IMG/VR virus record: IMGVR_UViG_3300027690_000141
Reading direction: 5' to 3' (one strand)
Source: a virus
Length of the DNA stretch: 28,513 bases
Within the stretch, counting starts at the first letter, position 1; each line of letters opens with the position of its first letter. Below are positions 1-7,977 of this stretch, in pieces. Both the position numbers and the translations under genes were made by a program. The notes under the pieces are model-generated. The model was given only the letters and a program-made list of their open reading frames with translations, did not search any database and was not told the DNA's origin.

Positions 1-1929
1 AGAGTAATTCCCGCCGAACGTCTTGCTGAGCAGCTCATTCGCATACGACGTAATCACCGGCGCAACACTGTCTATCTCCAGAGCCCTCAGCCCATCCTTG
101 GAACAAGCATTGCGAAGGTAAATCCACTCGGAGCGCTCCCCAACCATTGAAGCCTTCCGCTCTTCGCCTTTCTTCAGGTCCTCTTCAATCCTCGCTTTCT
201 CAGCTTCCTTTTTCTCCACAACCGCCATCTCACGGCCGATCGCAAACAGGGCCTCATCCGTCTCCTTCAGGGATTTCTCAAGCCTCTCGATATCCCCCTC
301 GCACAGGCGCTGGCGCTCTGCCACAGCCCCATCAATGCCCGCCCTCACCTCCTCGATCTTCACATCCAAACCGCTTATCTCGAGCTGCAATGCCGCGGCT
401 TCTTCTTCAAGCCTCCGCTTCAGCTCCAGGCCTTCCGCAACAAGTTCATCCTTTTTCTTCACCAGGTCATTCAGCCGGCTCATCGCCACCTGGATCTCGC
501 TCTTTTTCGCCGAAAGCCTCTGGACCTCCTTCAGCTCTGCCTTGCTTTTGGAAAGCCCACTCTTCAGTTCAGCAACTTTGCTCTCAAGCATCTTCAGATT
601 GGGCTTGAGGACGTTCTTTTCCGTCTCCTCCAAATCCGCAATCAGTGTCGCGGCCACTTTTTTCTCCTGCTCTATAAACGCCTCACGCTCCTTCCACTTC
701 GCTTTAAGCTCAGGCAACATCTTCTCCGCATCCAACGCTCCCTTGATAAACGAACAGACCGTAGACACGCACTCCGGATCCCGCTTCTCCAGGTCGGCCA
801 TCTTTCCCCGACAATTCCTCACCTCCGCCTTCAACTCGGACAGTTCTCTGTCCGCTTCCAGCAACTTCAGCCTGTTCCGTACGGACGTCAATTTTTCCCG
901 GTTCTCGTGCAATCCGTTTGCAAACGAATCAACCGCATTTAGCTGATTTTCCAGTTCAGGTTCCAACGTTCCTATAACAGCAACCAACTCCAGCTCGCGT
1001 TCAGCCGCCTTCAGAATTTCGTCCCGATACTTCAACGCTTCGTCATAGCCAGCCATCTCTCCAACAACAGATCTCGTCTTCTCCCGAAGCCCCGCGAGCC
1101 TCTTCTCTCCCCTGGCCTCTTCATCGATCAGCTTGCTCTCCAGCCGACTCCTCCCCTTTCGAAGCTCCTCCACCTTCTGCCTGGCATGCTCGTTCCTCAG
1201 CGCCTTCTCTCGAAACAAGACCAGGTCCTTCTTTTTCTCCTCCAGCTCCCGCTCGTAAATCGCTCTCCTGCCCGTCGTTTTCTCCAGCGACTCCGTCAGT
1301 TCTTCCTTCCTCTCTTCAAGACCGCGTAAAGCCTCCAGCGAAACTTTGAGAGACTCAATGCTCCGGTCTCCCTTATCCACAAGCCCGTCAAACACACCAA
1401 TACACTGCTTACACGTGGCCTCCCACGCCACAAGTCGATCCAGCCTGAGAAACTCCGAAAACAGTTCCTTCAGCTTTCCGGTCGTCAAATCAGATATTTT
1501 CTTGGAATTCTGTGCGCAGAAAACAGAATTGAAAAACAGGGTAGGAGAGCCCAAAAGCTCTTTGATGTAGGCGTCGTAATTCGTGACCTTGCCGTCGATC
1601 TCCGACTTGCCGTTCTTCCAAATATAGCCCTCACTCCTGTCCGAATCGCAGTCGATCTTCACCAGCGTTCGATAATGATCCCCCGCGTACCAAAAACTCA
1701 ACTCCCTACATGAATCTCGGAGAAATACATGATGCTTCAGGCCGCTCGACCTGGAAGCTAACATCCGGTACGGCGTCATTGACTCCAAGCACGTGCTTTT
1801 TCCAACGCCATTCGGGCCTTCCAGAGCCACAAGCCCAGTTAGGTCGGACAGGTCAATTTCCACTTCATTCAGGCCCAGCCCTTTCTCAATACCGATAAAC
1901 CCTCTAAGCCTCAGCTTCTCTATCTTCAC
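1..1929 (-). CDS. sbcC: SbcC/Rad50-like SMC ATPase (3' end runs off the window)
   Basis: Translated by hand from GTG at 1929 (GGAGG upstream): MKIEKLRLRGFIGIEKGLGLNEVEIDLSDLTGLVALEGPNGVGKST, with Walker A. E/K/L-rich coiled coil follows. The window end reads ...KDGLRALEIDSVAPVITSYANELLSKTFGGNYS in the same frame. Lies near an sbcD-like gene. Confidence 0.9.
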   Translation of the reverse strand, partial: MKIEKLRLRGFIGIEKGLGLNEVEIDLSDLTGLVALEGPNGVGKSTCLESMTPYRMLASRSSGLKHHVFLRDSCRELSFWYAGDHYRTLVKIDCDSDRSEGYIWKNGKSEIDGKVTNYDAYIKELLGSPTLFFNSVFCAQNSKKISDLTTGKLKELFSEFLRLDRLVAWEATCKQCIGVFDGLVDKGDRSIESLKVSLEALRGLEERKEELTESLEKTTGRRAIYERELEEKKKDLVLFREKALRNEHARQKVEELRKGRSRLESKLIDEEARGEKRLAGLREKTRSVVGEMAGYDEALKYRDEILKAAERELELVAVIGTLEPELENQLNAVDSFANGLHENREKLTSVRNRLKLLEADRELSELKAEVRNCRGKMADLEKRDPECVSTVCSFIKGALDAEKMLPELKAKWKEREAFIEQEKKVAATLIADLEETEKNVLKPNLKMLESKVAELKSGLSKSKAELKEVQRLSAKKSEIQVAMSRLNDLVKKKDELVAEGLELKRRLEEEAAALQLEISGLDVKIEEVRAGIDGAVAERQRLCEGDIERLEKSLKETDEALFAIGREMAVVEKKEAEKARIEEDLKKGEERKASMVGERSEWIYLRNACSKDGLRALEIDSVAPVITSYANELLSKTFGGNYS

Positions 1930-2078
1930 TTCCTCCCCCTCAGCCCCCTATAAAACGCCCGTCGCCTCGCCGCCTTCTGTTCTTTCCGCAGATTTTGCTT
2001 CATCGTTTTGGAACGGCCTCCGTAAATCTCTGCGGGATGCTGCAGAGGCCAGACAAAATCCGAAAAAAGCGATTTCAT
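1926..2078 (-). CDS. Small basic hypothetical protein (50 aa)
   Basis: MKSLFSDFVWPLQHPAEIYGGRSKTMKQNLRKEQKAARRRAFYRGLRGRK. GGGAG RBS; its TGA overlaps the sbcC GTG start (GTGA). Below the ORF-track size cutoff. Confidence 0.55.
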   Translation of the reverse strand: MKSLFSDFVWPLQHPAEIYGGRSKTMKQNLRKEQKAARRRAFYRGLRGRK

Positions 2079-2100
2079 TTATCTACTCCCGGTAGTAAAT

Positions 2101-2340
2101 TCATTCTTCGTGCCTTTGCCCGTCCTCAATCCAGTAAATCAACTCGCTCGGTTTCACGCGCAGCTTGTCGGCTATTTTGAGAATGACCATATCTTTGACT
2201 TTCTCCGGACCGTAGGCCAACCGACGATATGTGCTATGGTTCATCCGCAGCTGCCTGCAAAACTCCGTTTCTGTAAGGCCCATATCCAACCTGAGCGCAT
2301 CGATCTTGGCAAAATTCACTTTTCTTACCACTACGCCCAT
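2101..2340 (-). CDS. XRE/Cro-type HTH protein
   Basis: IDALRLDMGLTETEFCRQLRMNHSTYRRL...ILKIADKLRVKPSELI fits an XRE HTH. Start moved to ATG 2340 to avoid overlap with sbcD. Confidence 0.8.
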   Translation of the reverse strand: MGVVVRKVNFAKIDALRLDMGLTETEFCRQLRMNHSTYRRLAYGPEKVKDMVILKIADKLRVKPSELIYWIEDGQRHEE

Positions 2341-2344
2341 TCGC

Positions 2345-3535
2345 CTAACCCCTCGCCACAGACGCCACAACCTCTTCAGGGGTCCCTTCTTCAAGCAAAT
2401 CGGCCTTCGCCAGGATGCTCTCCGGAACCTCCTCCCCTTTCAGCCTGGCGCTTTCCAACACCTTATCCCGCAGCCTCTGCAGCTTGAGAATGTTCTCGCT
2501 CCTCACATTGCTCCTCGGCACCCGCGTAATCCTCAAATTCCAGTCCGTAGCCCCTGCTTCCTGCAGCATCTTTTTCAGCCCTTCCTGGTCAATCTTTTCC
2601 ACCTCGTCCTCGAACACTTTCAGTTCCACCCTCACCACAGCACCTTCTATCTGCTCTAGCATTTCCGGTGTGAGATCGACTCGAAATCCGTTCTGATTCG
2701 CGCTGAAATCCCTCTGGACGCGATAAAGCTTTCGAGTGGGTGTTTTGATAAAGGCCGACTCCTGCAAACCATGTGCATTCAACAGGTGCAGCCAGAACCC
2801 CTTGTCTTCCGTCTCCCCGAAATCCCTTCTATAAATACTTCCGCAATAGAAGATCCTGTTTCCCATCCTCTGCGGATAATGGATATGCCCCAGCATCACC
2901 AAATCACAGTTCGCCAGCTCGATATGCTGCCTCGCCATCTCGATGTCGTACCCAAGCATATGCTGAGTCTCGCTCAGTAGCGCTCCTCCGACACTAAAGT
3001 GCCCGACCAGCACGTGAGGACAATTCCACTCTGCTGCTCGGGCACCAAACCCGCCGAAAATTCCGGCCATCGCCCCGGCGATCTCCCTATCGCTCGACTC
3101 AATATCTGACGCCGATTGAAAATACTGCTTCGTCGGCTGAGGCACGACAGAGATCACCAGTCGTGGGGCAATACACCGATCGACGAGAAACCCATCCTGA
3201 TTCAGAAACACCATTTCCGGCATCGTCGAAACCCATACAGGATATTTGGCCTTCACATATCTCAGAGCCTCGGCCGCCCTTCCATCGTGACTTGGCGTTC
3301 CCAGCACGATCAGCACTGAACCATACCCGCCAAGCTTTCCCACCACTTCGAAAATCAATCTGGCTGCCGGACTGTCCAGCTTGATATCCCTGGAATCAAA
3401 CGTGTCGCCAGCAATCACTATCAAATGCGGCAACTCCATCTCGGACGTTTCTACCACCATAGCCAGACAACGCTTGATTTCCTCCAGATCGTCGTTCCTG
3501 GCATGAATATCGCCAGTGTGCAGGATCTTAATCAT
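2345..3535 (-). CDS. sbcD: SbcD/Mre11-like metallophosphoesterase nuclease
   Basis: Motifs ILHTGDIH, IAGDTFD, GTPSHD, LVGH, MLGHIH, YCGS. Next to an sbcC-like gene. Confidence 0.9.
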   Translation of the reverse strand: MIKILHTGDIHARNDDLEEIKRCLAMVVETSEMELPHLIVIAGDTFDSRDIKLDSPAARLIFEVVGKLGGYGSVLIVLGTPSHDGRAAEALRYVKAKYPVWVSTMPEMVFLNQDGFLVDRCIAPRLVISVVPQPTKQYFQSASDIESSDREIAGAMAGIFGGFGARAAEWNCPHVLVGHFSVGGALLSETQHMLGYDIEMARQHIELANCDLVMLGHIHYPQRMGNRIFYCGSIYRRDFGETEDKGFWLHLLNAHGLQESAFIKTPTRKLYRVQRDFSANQNGFRVDLTPEMLEQIEGAVVRVELKVFEDEVEKIDQEGLKKMLQEAGATDWNLRITRVPRSNVRSENILKLQRLRDKVLESARLKGEEVPESILAKADLLEEGTPEEVVASVARG

Positions 3536-3550
3536 GGCCCCTCCCGTTTG

Positions 3551-3586
3551 AAAAAAGCCCGGGAATTTGTTGCCCGCCCCCGGGCT
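3551..3586 (-). terminator. Intrinsic terminator upstream of sbcD
   Basis: Minus strand AGCCCGGG-N15-CCCGGGCT followed by a T run. Confidence 0.65.
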
Positions 3587-3682
3587 AGAAGCGGGGTTCC
3601 AGGAGGGCCCGATATTCGCACGTCTGCTTCGGCCGCTCCAAGCCAGCAGACATCTGCGCCTCGGTGCCGGGCGCCGCCAAAA

Positions 3683-4753
3683 CTAAAATGGGATCTCATC
3701 GTCAATCCTCGGATCAGGCATCTCGTTCAGCTTTTTGAAAAAATCCATCCGGTGCTGATCCGTAAACTTTATGATCGGCTTCTTCAGTTGCTTTAGGTCG
3801 TACCCTTTTCTGGTCGCCAGCGTCACCAGCGTTTTCACCTGCTCGTCTACAGACAGGGCAGCGAAATCAGCCTCGTTGTGACTCAAACCGTCCGGTGCTC
3901 CATCCTCCCCGCTCTCGAAATCCTTCTCGTCTAAACCTCCAGCGTCCAAGTTTGTGCCATTCTCCTGTACCGGAACCGCAATCGGCTCCACCGCATCTCC
4001 ACCACGCCCATAATCGTAAACCTCACCACCGTACACCGACGTCACGGACTTTATGCTCTCCTGGATCATCAGCCTCCGGATCTGCGGATCGCTATAATCA
4101 GGCTTGAAAACGATCCGGGCCACGACAAACGGCTTCCCCAACTCTTGCTTCGTGTAGCCAGCCTTCAAGCCCAGAAGAGATCGAACTACTCTGTTCATCG
4201 CGCCGCTCTCCGCAAGAGCAATCTTGTGCTTTCGCTTGTGAAGCAGATCCCGGTTCACGCAAAAATCAACGTAGCGTTTCCGATCATCATCACTCGTCAG
4301 TTTCTCGCCGCTATCCCGCGCTTTCCTTTCATAACCAGCCCTCAGTTCCTCTTCGATCACCTCAAAATCGAGATCATACTCCGCCTTGAACCACACCATG
4401 CTTCCGTCCGTTTTCCGTACTCCCCCCACAGCCTGGTACGCGATGTAATTTCTGTCCTTGCGGTCATCCACTCGTTTCGTCTGCATCGGATCCCACGCCA
4501 AGCCGGCACACACGCTCAGCTTCATGAGACCCTGCTTCGCAATCGGGTAAAGCTTCGACTCAAAGTGATAATACACGTCGCCGTCTTTCGGATCAGGCGA
4601 CAACTTCACATACTCCACCACCGGCTGATGAAACTCCGACAGGGTCTCAACAACAGCCGTTGGAATGAGAATGTTCAAGCCCTCCTTTCGGGCCTTCTCG
4701 ATGTCAAATTTCACCAAGTCCCCTGGTTGTTCTTTTCTTTCGGCAGCTTCCAT
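3683..4753 (-). CDS. Phage recombination-module protein, putative ssDNA annealing/binding protein
   Basis: 356 aa, upstream of sbcDC. Acidic linker and C-terminal DDEIPF resembling the SSB-Ct motif. Function inferred from context. Confidence 0.6.
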   Translation of the reverse strand: MEAAERKEQPGDLVKFDIEKARKEGLNILIPTAVVETLSEFHQPVVEYVKLSPDPKDGDVYYHFESKLYPIAKQGLMKLSVCAGLAWDPMQTKRVDDRKDRNYIAYQAVGGVRKTDGSMVWFKAEYDLDFEVIEEELRAGYERKARDSGEKLTSDDDRKRYVDFCVNRDLLHKRKHKIALAESGAMNRVVRSLLGLKAGYTKQELGKPFVVARIVFKPDYSDPQIRRLMIQESIKSVTSVYGGEVYDYGRGGDAVEPIAVPVQENGTNLDAGGLDEKDFESGEDGAPDGLSHNEADFAALSVDEQVKTLVTLATRKGYDLKQLKKPIIKFTDQHRMDFFKKLNEMPDPRIDDEIPF

Positions 4754-5220
4754 TCTTGCCCTCCTCTTTCCTCAATTAACGCCAAAAACTCCAAAATCGC
4801 CCTGATCACATCATGCCCCTCCTTCTCACACCTTGCCGCCTCCATTTCGCTCACCCGCCCATCGTCCAACGCTTCCGCGGCCTGCTCCATGAACTCGCCG
4901 AACTCTTTAATCGCCTTCGAGGTCTGCTTCACAACCAAGCCGAACTCGGGACTGTACCTTGGCAGCTTGAAGGCGACTCGGCCGAATATCTGCTCGATCC
5001 GATCCAGAACCGTCACATCCTCAACTAACTTGAGGACCGTGATCGCGGTCATGAACCCCAACTTCGCATCCTGGTCATCGGGATTCACTTCCCGCATAAA
5101 GGTCGAATACGCTTTCCCCAGCTCCTCAGCAAGCTGCTTCGGGTTGTCCCCCAACACCAGCCGGTGAATCATCCAAAGCAGAGATTCCTCGCCTTTAGAT
5201 TTTTCGTTCGAATTAATCAT
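4711..5220 (-). CDS. Phage regulatory CII-family protein
   Basis: KQLAEELGKAYSTFMREVNPDDQDAKLG...KEFGEFMEQAAEALDDGRVSEME resembles 186/P2-type CII family proteins. AGGAG RBS before ATG 5220; downstream of a Cro-like gene. Confidence 0.8.
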   Translation of the reverse strand: MINSNEKSKGEESLLWMIHRLVLGDNPKQLAEELGKAYSTFMREVNPDDQDAKLGFMTAITVLKLVEDVTVLDRIEQIFGRVAFKLPRYSPEFGLVVKQTSKAIKEFGEFMEQAAEALDDGRVSEMEAARCEKEGHDVIRAILEFLALIEERGGQEWKLPKEKNNQGTW

Positions 5221-5249
5221 GGCTCTGTCTCCTGGAACTTTGTAACCTT

Positions 5250-5477
5250 TCACGACTGAGCAAGACTTGACCAACTTGTTTGTTCACAAAGGGGGTAAAA
5301 TTTTTTGAGTTTCATTTCCAGCTTTCTGCAATTCGTCCGATTTGGCTTGGTTCTCCCGGTTTCCCAGGCCTGGATCGTCGACGTGCTCACACCAATAACC
5401 TTAGCGAATTCCTCAAGGCTCATGTCAAGGTTCACCCTGATCTCCAAAAGCGTTTCCTTGGTAAACTCCATTGCCAT
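5250..5477 (-). CDS. Cro-like XRE HTH regulator
   Basis: IRVNLDMSLEEFAKVIGVSTSTIQAWETGRTKP. 75 aa, divergent from a CI-like gene. Confidence 0.85.
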   Translation of the reverse strand: MAMEFTKETLLEIRVNLDMSLEEFAKVIGVSTSTIQAWETGRTKPNRTNCRKLEMKLKKFYPLCEQTSWSSLAQS

Positions 5478-5483
5478 GCTTTA

Positions 5484-5512
5484 ATGATCTCACAAACAAA
5501 CTTGTTTGTCAA
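5484..5512 (-). promoter_or_regulatory. Promoter for the Cro-like gene with a palindromic operator in the spacer
   Basis: TTGACA (5512-5507), N17, GATCAT preceded by TG-n. Perfect inverted repeat ACAAACAA-AC-TTGTTTGT at 5492-5509. Confidence 0.7.
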
Positions 5513-5590
5513 GTATTTTTTCCAGTTTTTCTATTCCTTTTTCCATAAAATCATGCTATGAAAACAATAGGTTCGGGAGTCGATATCCAA

Positions 5591-6064
5591 ATGAAGCCTT
5601 TTAAAGACATTTTTTCGGAAAAAGTCGACGAATTGAAGCAATCCGGCATGACCGTCTACCAGATCGCTGAAAAACTGGAATGCACGCCGAACTACATTTG
5701 GCGAATGCAGAAAGGAACCAGCCTGCCAGGGCCCCGTTTTGCAGCCAAAATCTCTCGTTTCTTCAACATAAACCATAAGCTTCTCCTCGACTCCATCGCA
5801 TACCAGAAAACGCCTGACCAACTCAAAAAGGACTTTCAAACCTATGACCATCTACGTGATGTTCTTGTCGTCGAATCCCCTAGAATTTCCGATTCTGATT
5901 TTGATCCGGACACGGAAACCAGAACCATTCTACGTCTTTTTGAACGCCTTTCCCCACAGAAACAACAAAAGCTCATCAAATTTGCCAGGGCTCTGCTCGA
6001 TGAGGACGAGCCAGACGAGCCGACAGACATCACCAAAAATCTGGGAATAACACAGCAAATATGA
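5591..6064 (+). CDS. CI-like repressor (N-terminal XRE HTH, no S24 peptidase domain)
   Basis: LKQSGMTVYQIAEKLECTPNYIWRMQKGTSLP. C-terminal ILRLFERLSPQKQQKLIKFARAL is typical of XRE repressors. GGGAG RBS before ATG 5591. Confidence 0.8.
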   Translation: MKPFKDIFSEKVDELKQSGMTVYQIAEKLECTPNYIWRMQKGTSLPGPRFAAKISRFFNINHKLLLDSIAYQKTPDQLKKDFQTYDHLRDVLVVESPRISDSDFDPDTETRTILRLFERLSPQKQQKLIKFARALLDEDEPDEPTDITKNLGITQQI

Positions 6065-6408
6065 ACGTCTTGATCCAACATTCTTCATTCATCCTTTTGA
6101 TAATTCTAGGCCTTGCGCTTGCACCGGCTTTACCTGCGGATCCGAGTGAAGCAACCAAAGCTCAGGTTCAATATGCAATCGACCTTCGCCGATCAGTCCC
6201 CGGCATTCAAAACGCATGGTGGTCCCAGGATATTTCGCTCTGGGTTGAAATAGACATCGAAGTATTTTCATCAAACCCCAAGCTATACGCGCAGCAGATC
6301 GCGGATAAACTCTCCATAGCCACTGCCCGAAAATTCGGCCGCTTCGTCTGCGTTCGCGTGTACCACGGCAATCAACGGGTTCTAGCAAAATCATGCAGCG
6401 GTCCCTGA
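6061..6408 (+). CDS. Exported hypothetical protein
   Basis: Hydrophobic N-terminal signal-like segment (FILLIILGLALAPALPA). ATGA overlap with the repressor gene. Confidence 0.7.
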   Translation: MNVLIQHSSFILLIILGLALAPALPADPSEATKAQVQYAIDLRRSVPGIQNAWWSQDISLWVEIDIEVFSSNPKLYAQQIADKLSIATARKFGRFVCVRVYHGNQRVLAKSCSGP

Positions 6409-6424
6409 ACCGACAGGTAATAAA

Positions 6425-6760
6425 ATGATCACACGAAAACAAATCGCTGACAGAATCAACGACCTTGGCCTTACCCAGATCGAAGTCGCCCAGAAATCCA
6501 AGCTGAGCCAGGGAACTATTTACAAGCTCATCCATACGACCACGATCCACAATTTCGACACGGTGGAACGGATAGCAAAAATCATCAAAGTCGATCCCTA
6601 CGAACTGATGCTCTCTCTCGACGGTCACAAGCACCGCGATCCCCTCCACGACGAACTTCCACGCCTCTCCAACAAAAGCAAGACCTATGTAGCCGGCTTC
6701 ACCGATGGTTTCAAGGCCGGCTACATAGCTGCAAGCAGGGTCAGAAAACGTGCCCGATAG
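6425..6760 (+). CDS. XRE HTH regulator
   Basis: RINDLGLTQIEVAQKSKLSQGTIYKL...TVERIAKIIKVDPYEL. Confidence 0.85.
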   Translation: MITRKQIADRINDLGLTQIEVAQKSKLSQGTIYKLIHTTTIHNFDTVERIAKIIKVDPYELMLSLDGHKHRDPLHDELPRLSNKSKTYVAGFTDGFKAGYIAASRVRKRAR

Positions 6761-6777
6761 CCCTTTTTTGGCCCTGC
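6735..6777. terminator. Hairpin at a convergent gene junction
   Basis: GCAGGGTCAGAAAA (6735-6748) pairs with TTTTTTGGCCCTGC (6764-6777), including G-U pairs, at the junction of convergent genes. Confidence 0.45.
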
Positions 6778-6778
6778 A

Positions 6779-7507
6779 CTAATTTTCCGACATGAACTCC
6801 TTCAGCAAAGCAGTGAGCTTTCTGTTCTTCTCGGAAACGCTGAAAAGAGAAGCTCCCTTCATCAGCTCCGTCACCGCCCCGTGCCAGCCGAAAAGCGTCC
6901 CGTCGAAATACTTCCCTTCTTCCTTGAAATACAGGCCGTGCAATGCAGTGAACTTACTCGGCGCCAGGATCCCCTGAACCATCGACTCGAAGGTCAGGTC
7001 CTTCGCCTCGCGCAGACTCAGATCTCGTTGCTCCAACTCAGCGTGCCACTGCGCGAAATCCAGAAGCTTTTCCTGCAGCCGATCCACCGCATCGACGCAC
7101 AGTTCAGCAAGCGTTTCATCCACAAGCCCCGACGTATGCCTTCGAAGCTGAATAAACTCGCCGCTGAACGCCAGGTTATCACACACGAAAACATTCGTTC
7201 CGGCAACCAATCCGACCGCCATGGACTTATCCATGGAATTCCTGATCCCGATGGCACCGCCCATGCCGTCGCTTACCGTGCCTTCCAGATTCCACACGCC
7301 GAACATTCTCATCATGCTTGCCGAAAGGCTATACTGCCGGGACTTCACCCTAATCCCGGACTGACCCGCCGCATCTTCCAATGCGTGAATCAGCCTTGCA
7401 TGGGAAATCGGATGCCAGCTCGAAGTGAACTCAGGCTCTGGCACGGCCAGAACGCTTTCCTCCGGCACCAACGCCGTATCCACATGCGCCACCAAACTTC
7501 CTGTCAT
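6779..7507 (-). CDS. DUF932-like phage/plasmid protein
   Basis: SWHPISH...IGIRNSMDKSMAVGLVAGTNVFVCDNLAFSGE...RRHT...TLFGWHGAVTE. AAGGAG RBS upstream of ATG 7507. Confidence 0.8.
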   Translation of the reverse strand: MTGSLVAHVDTALVPEESVLAVPEPEFTSSWHPISHARLIHALEDAAGQSGIRVKSRQYSLSASMMRMFGVWNLEGTVSDGMGGAIGIRNSMDKSMAVGLVAGTNVFVCDNLAFSGEFIQLRRHTSGLVDETLAELCVDAVDRLQEKLLDFAQWHAELEQRDLSLREAKDLTFESMVQGILAPSKFTALHGLYFKEEGKYFDGTLFGWHGAVTELMKGASLFSVSEKNRKLTALLKEFMSEN

Positions 7508-7525
7508 CTCATTCTCCTTTCTCTT

Positions 7526-7546
7526 TGTGCTTTGTGCTTTATGCTT
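7526..7546 (-). repeat. Triple heptad array (partial cassette E)
   Basis: TGTGCTT-TGTGCTT-TATGCTT immediately upstream of the RBS of the DUF932-like gene. Confidence 0.75.
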
Positions 7547-7583
7547 CAAGGTTGACAAAAAAAGAGACTTCCACCCCCTTTCC

Positions 7584-7874
7584 TTAACGCTCCTTTCTCC
7601 TTCTTTCCGGGACCGAGATAGTACCCACACGGTTCCAGTTCTCATCATAAATTTCGTATCGGCCTGTGTACCTGCTCCGCTTGATGTGGCCTTTCCTCTG
7701 GTAATTTCTGTCCAGAATCTCGTAGGCGTCGGCGAACAACTTCTTCTTCACGTAGCCCTTCAGGTTGCGGCCCTCATCATACACCTTATACGCCTCTCTC
7801 TCTTGAGCCTCGACAGGCCACGAGAGCCAGCATATAACCAGGATCAGGATCACGCTCAGCAGCCAATTTTTCAT
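7584..7874 (-). CDS. Secreted protein with three internal repeats
   Basis: Signal peptide ending in VEA. Repeats YKVYDEGRNLKGYV / YEILDRNYQRKGHI / YEIYDENWNRVGTI. Confidence 0.75.
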   Translation of the reverse strand: MKNWLLSVILILVICWLSWPVEAQEREAYKVYDEGRNLKGYVKKKLFADAYEILDRNYQRKGHIKRSRYTGRYEIYDENWNRVGTISVPERRRKER

Positions 7875-7891
7875 CTCTTTCTCCTTCCTTC

Positions 7892-7970
7892 TATGTTTTA
7901 TGGTTTATGATTAAATATAACACGTAACACAGGAATGTCAAGAAAAAATTGCCATGAAATGAGCCACTTA
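7892..7970 (-). promoter_or_regulatory. Repeated promoter cassette, copy A
   Basis: IHF-like AATGAGCCACTTA 7958-7970; TTGACA 7941-7936; N16; TG-T-TATATT; heptads TATGTTT-TATGGTT-TATGATT 7892-7912. Confidence 0.85.
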
Positions 7971-7977
7971 GCAAGTT

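Noticed and set aside
3536-3682. tRNA or known riboswitch in the structured intergenic region
   Set aside because: No cloverleaf or T-loop, and no aptamer consensus that I recognise.
7552-7557. Plus-strand TTGACA as an antisense promoter
   Set aside because: No plausible -10 element at 16-18 bp spacing.
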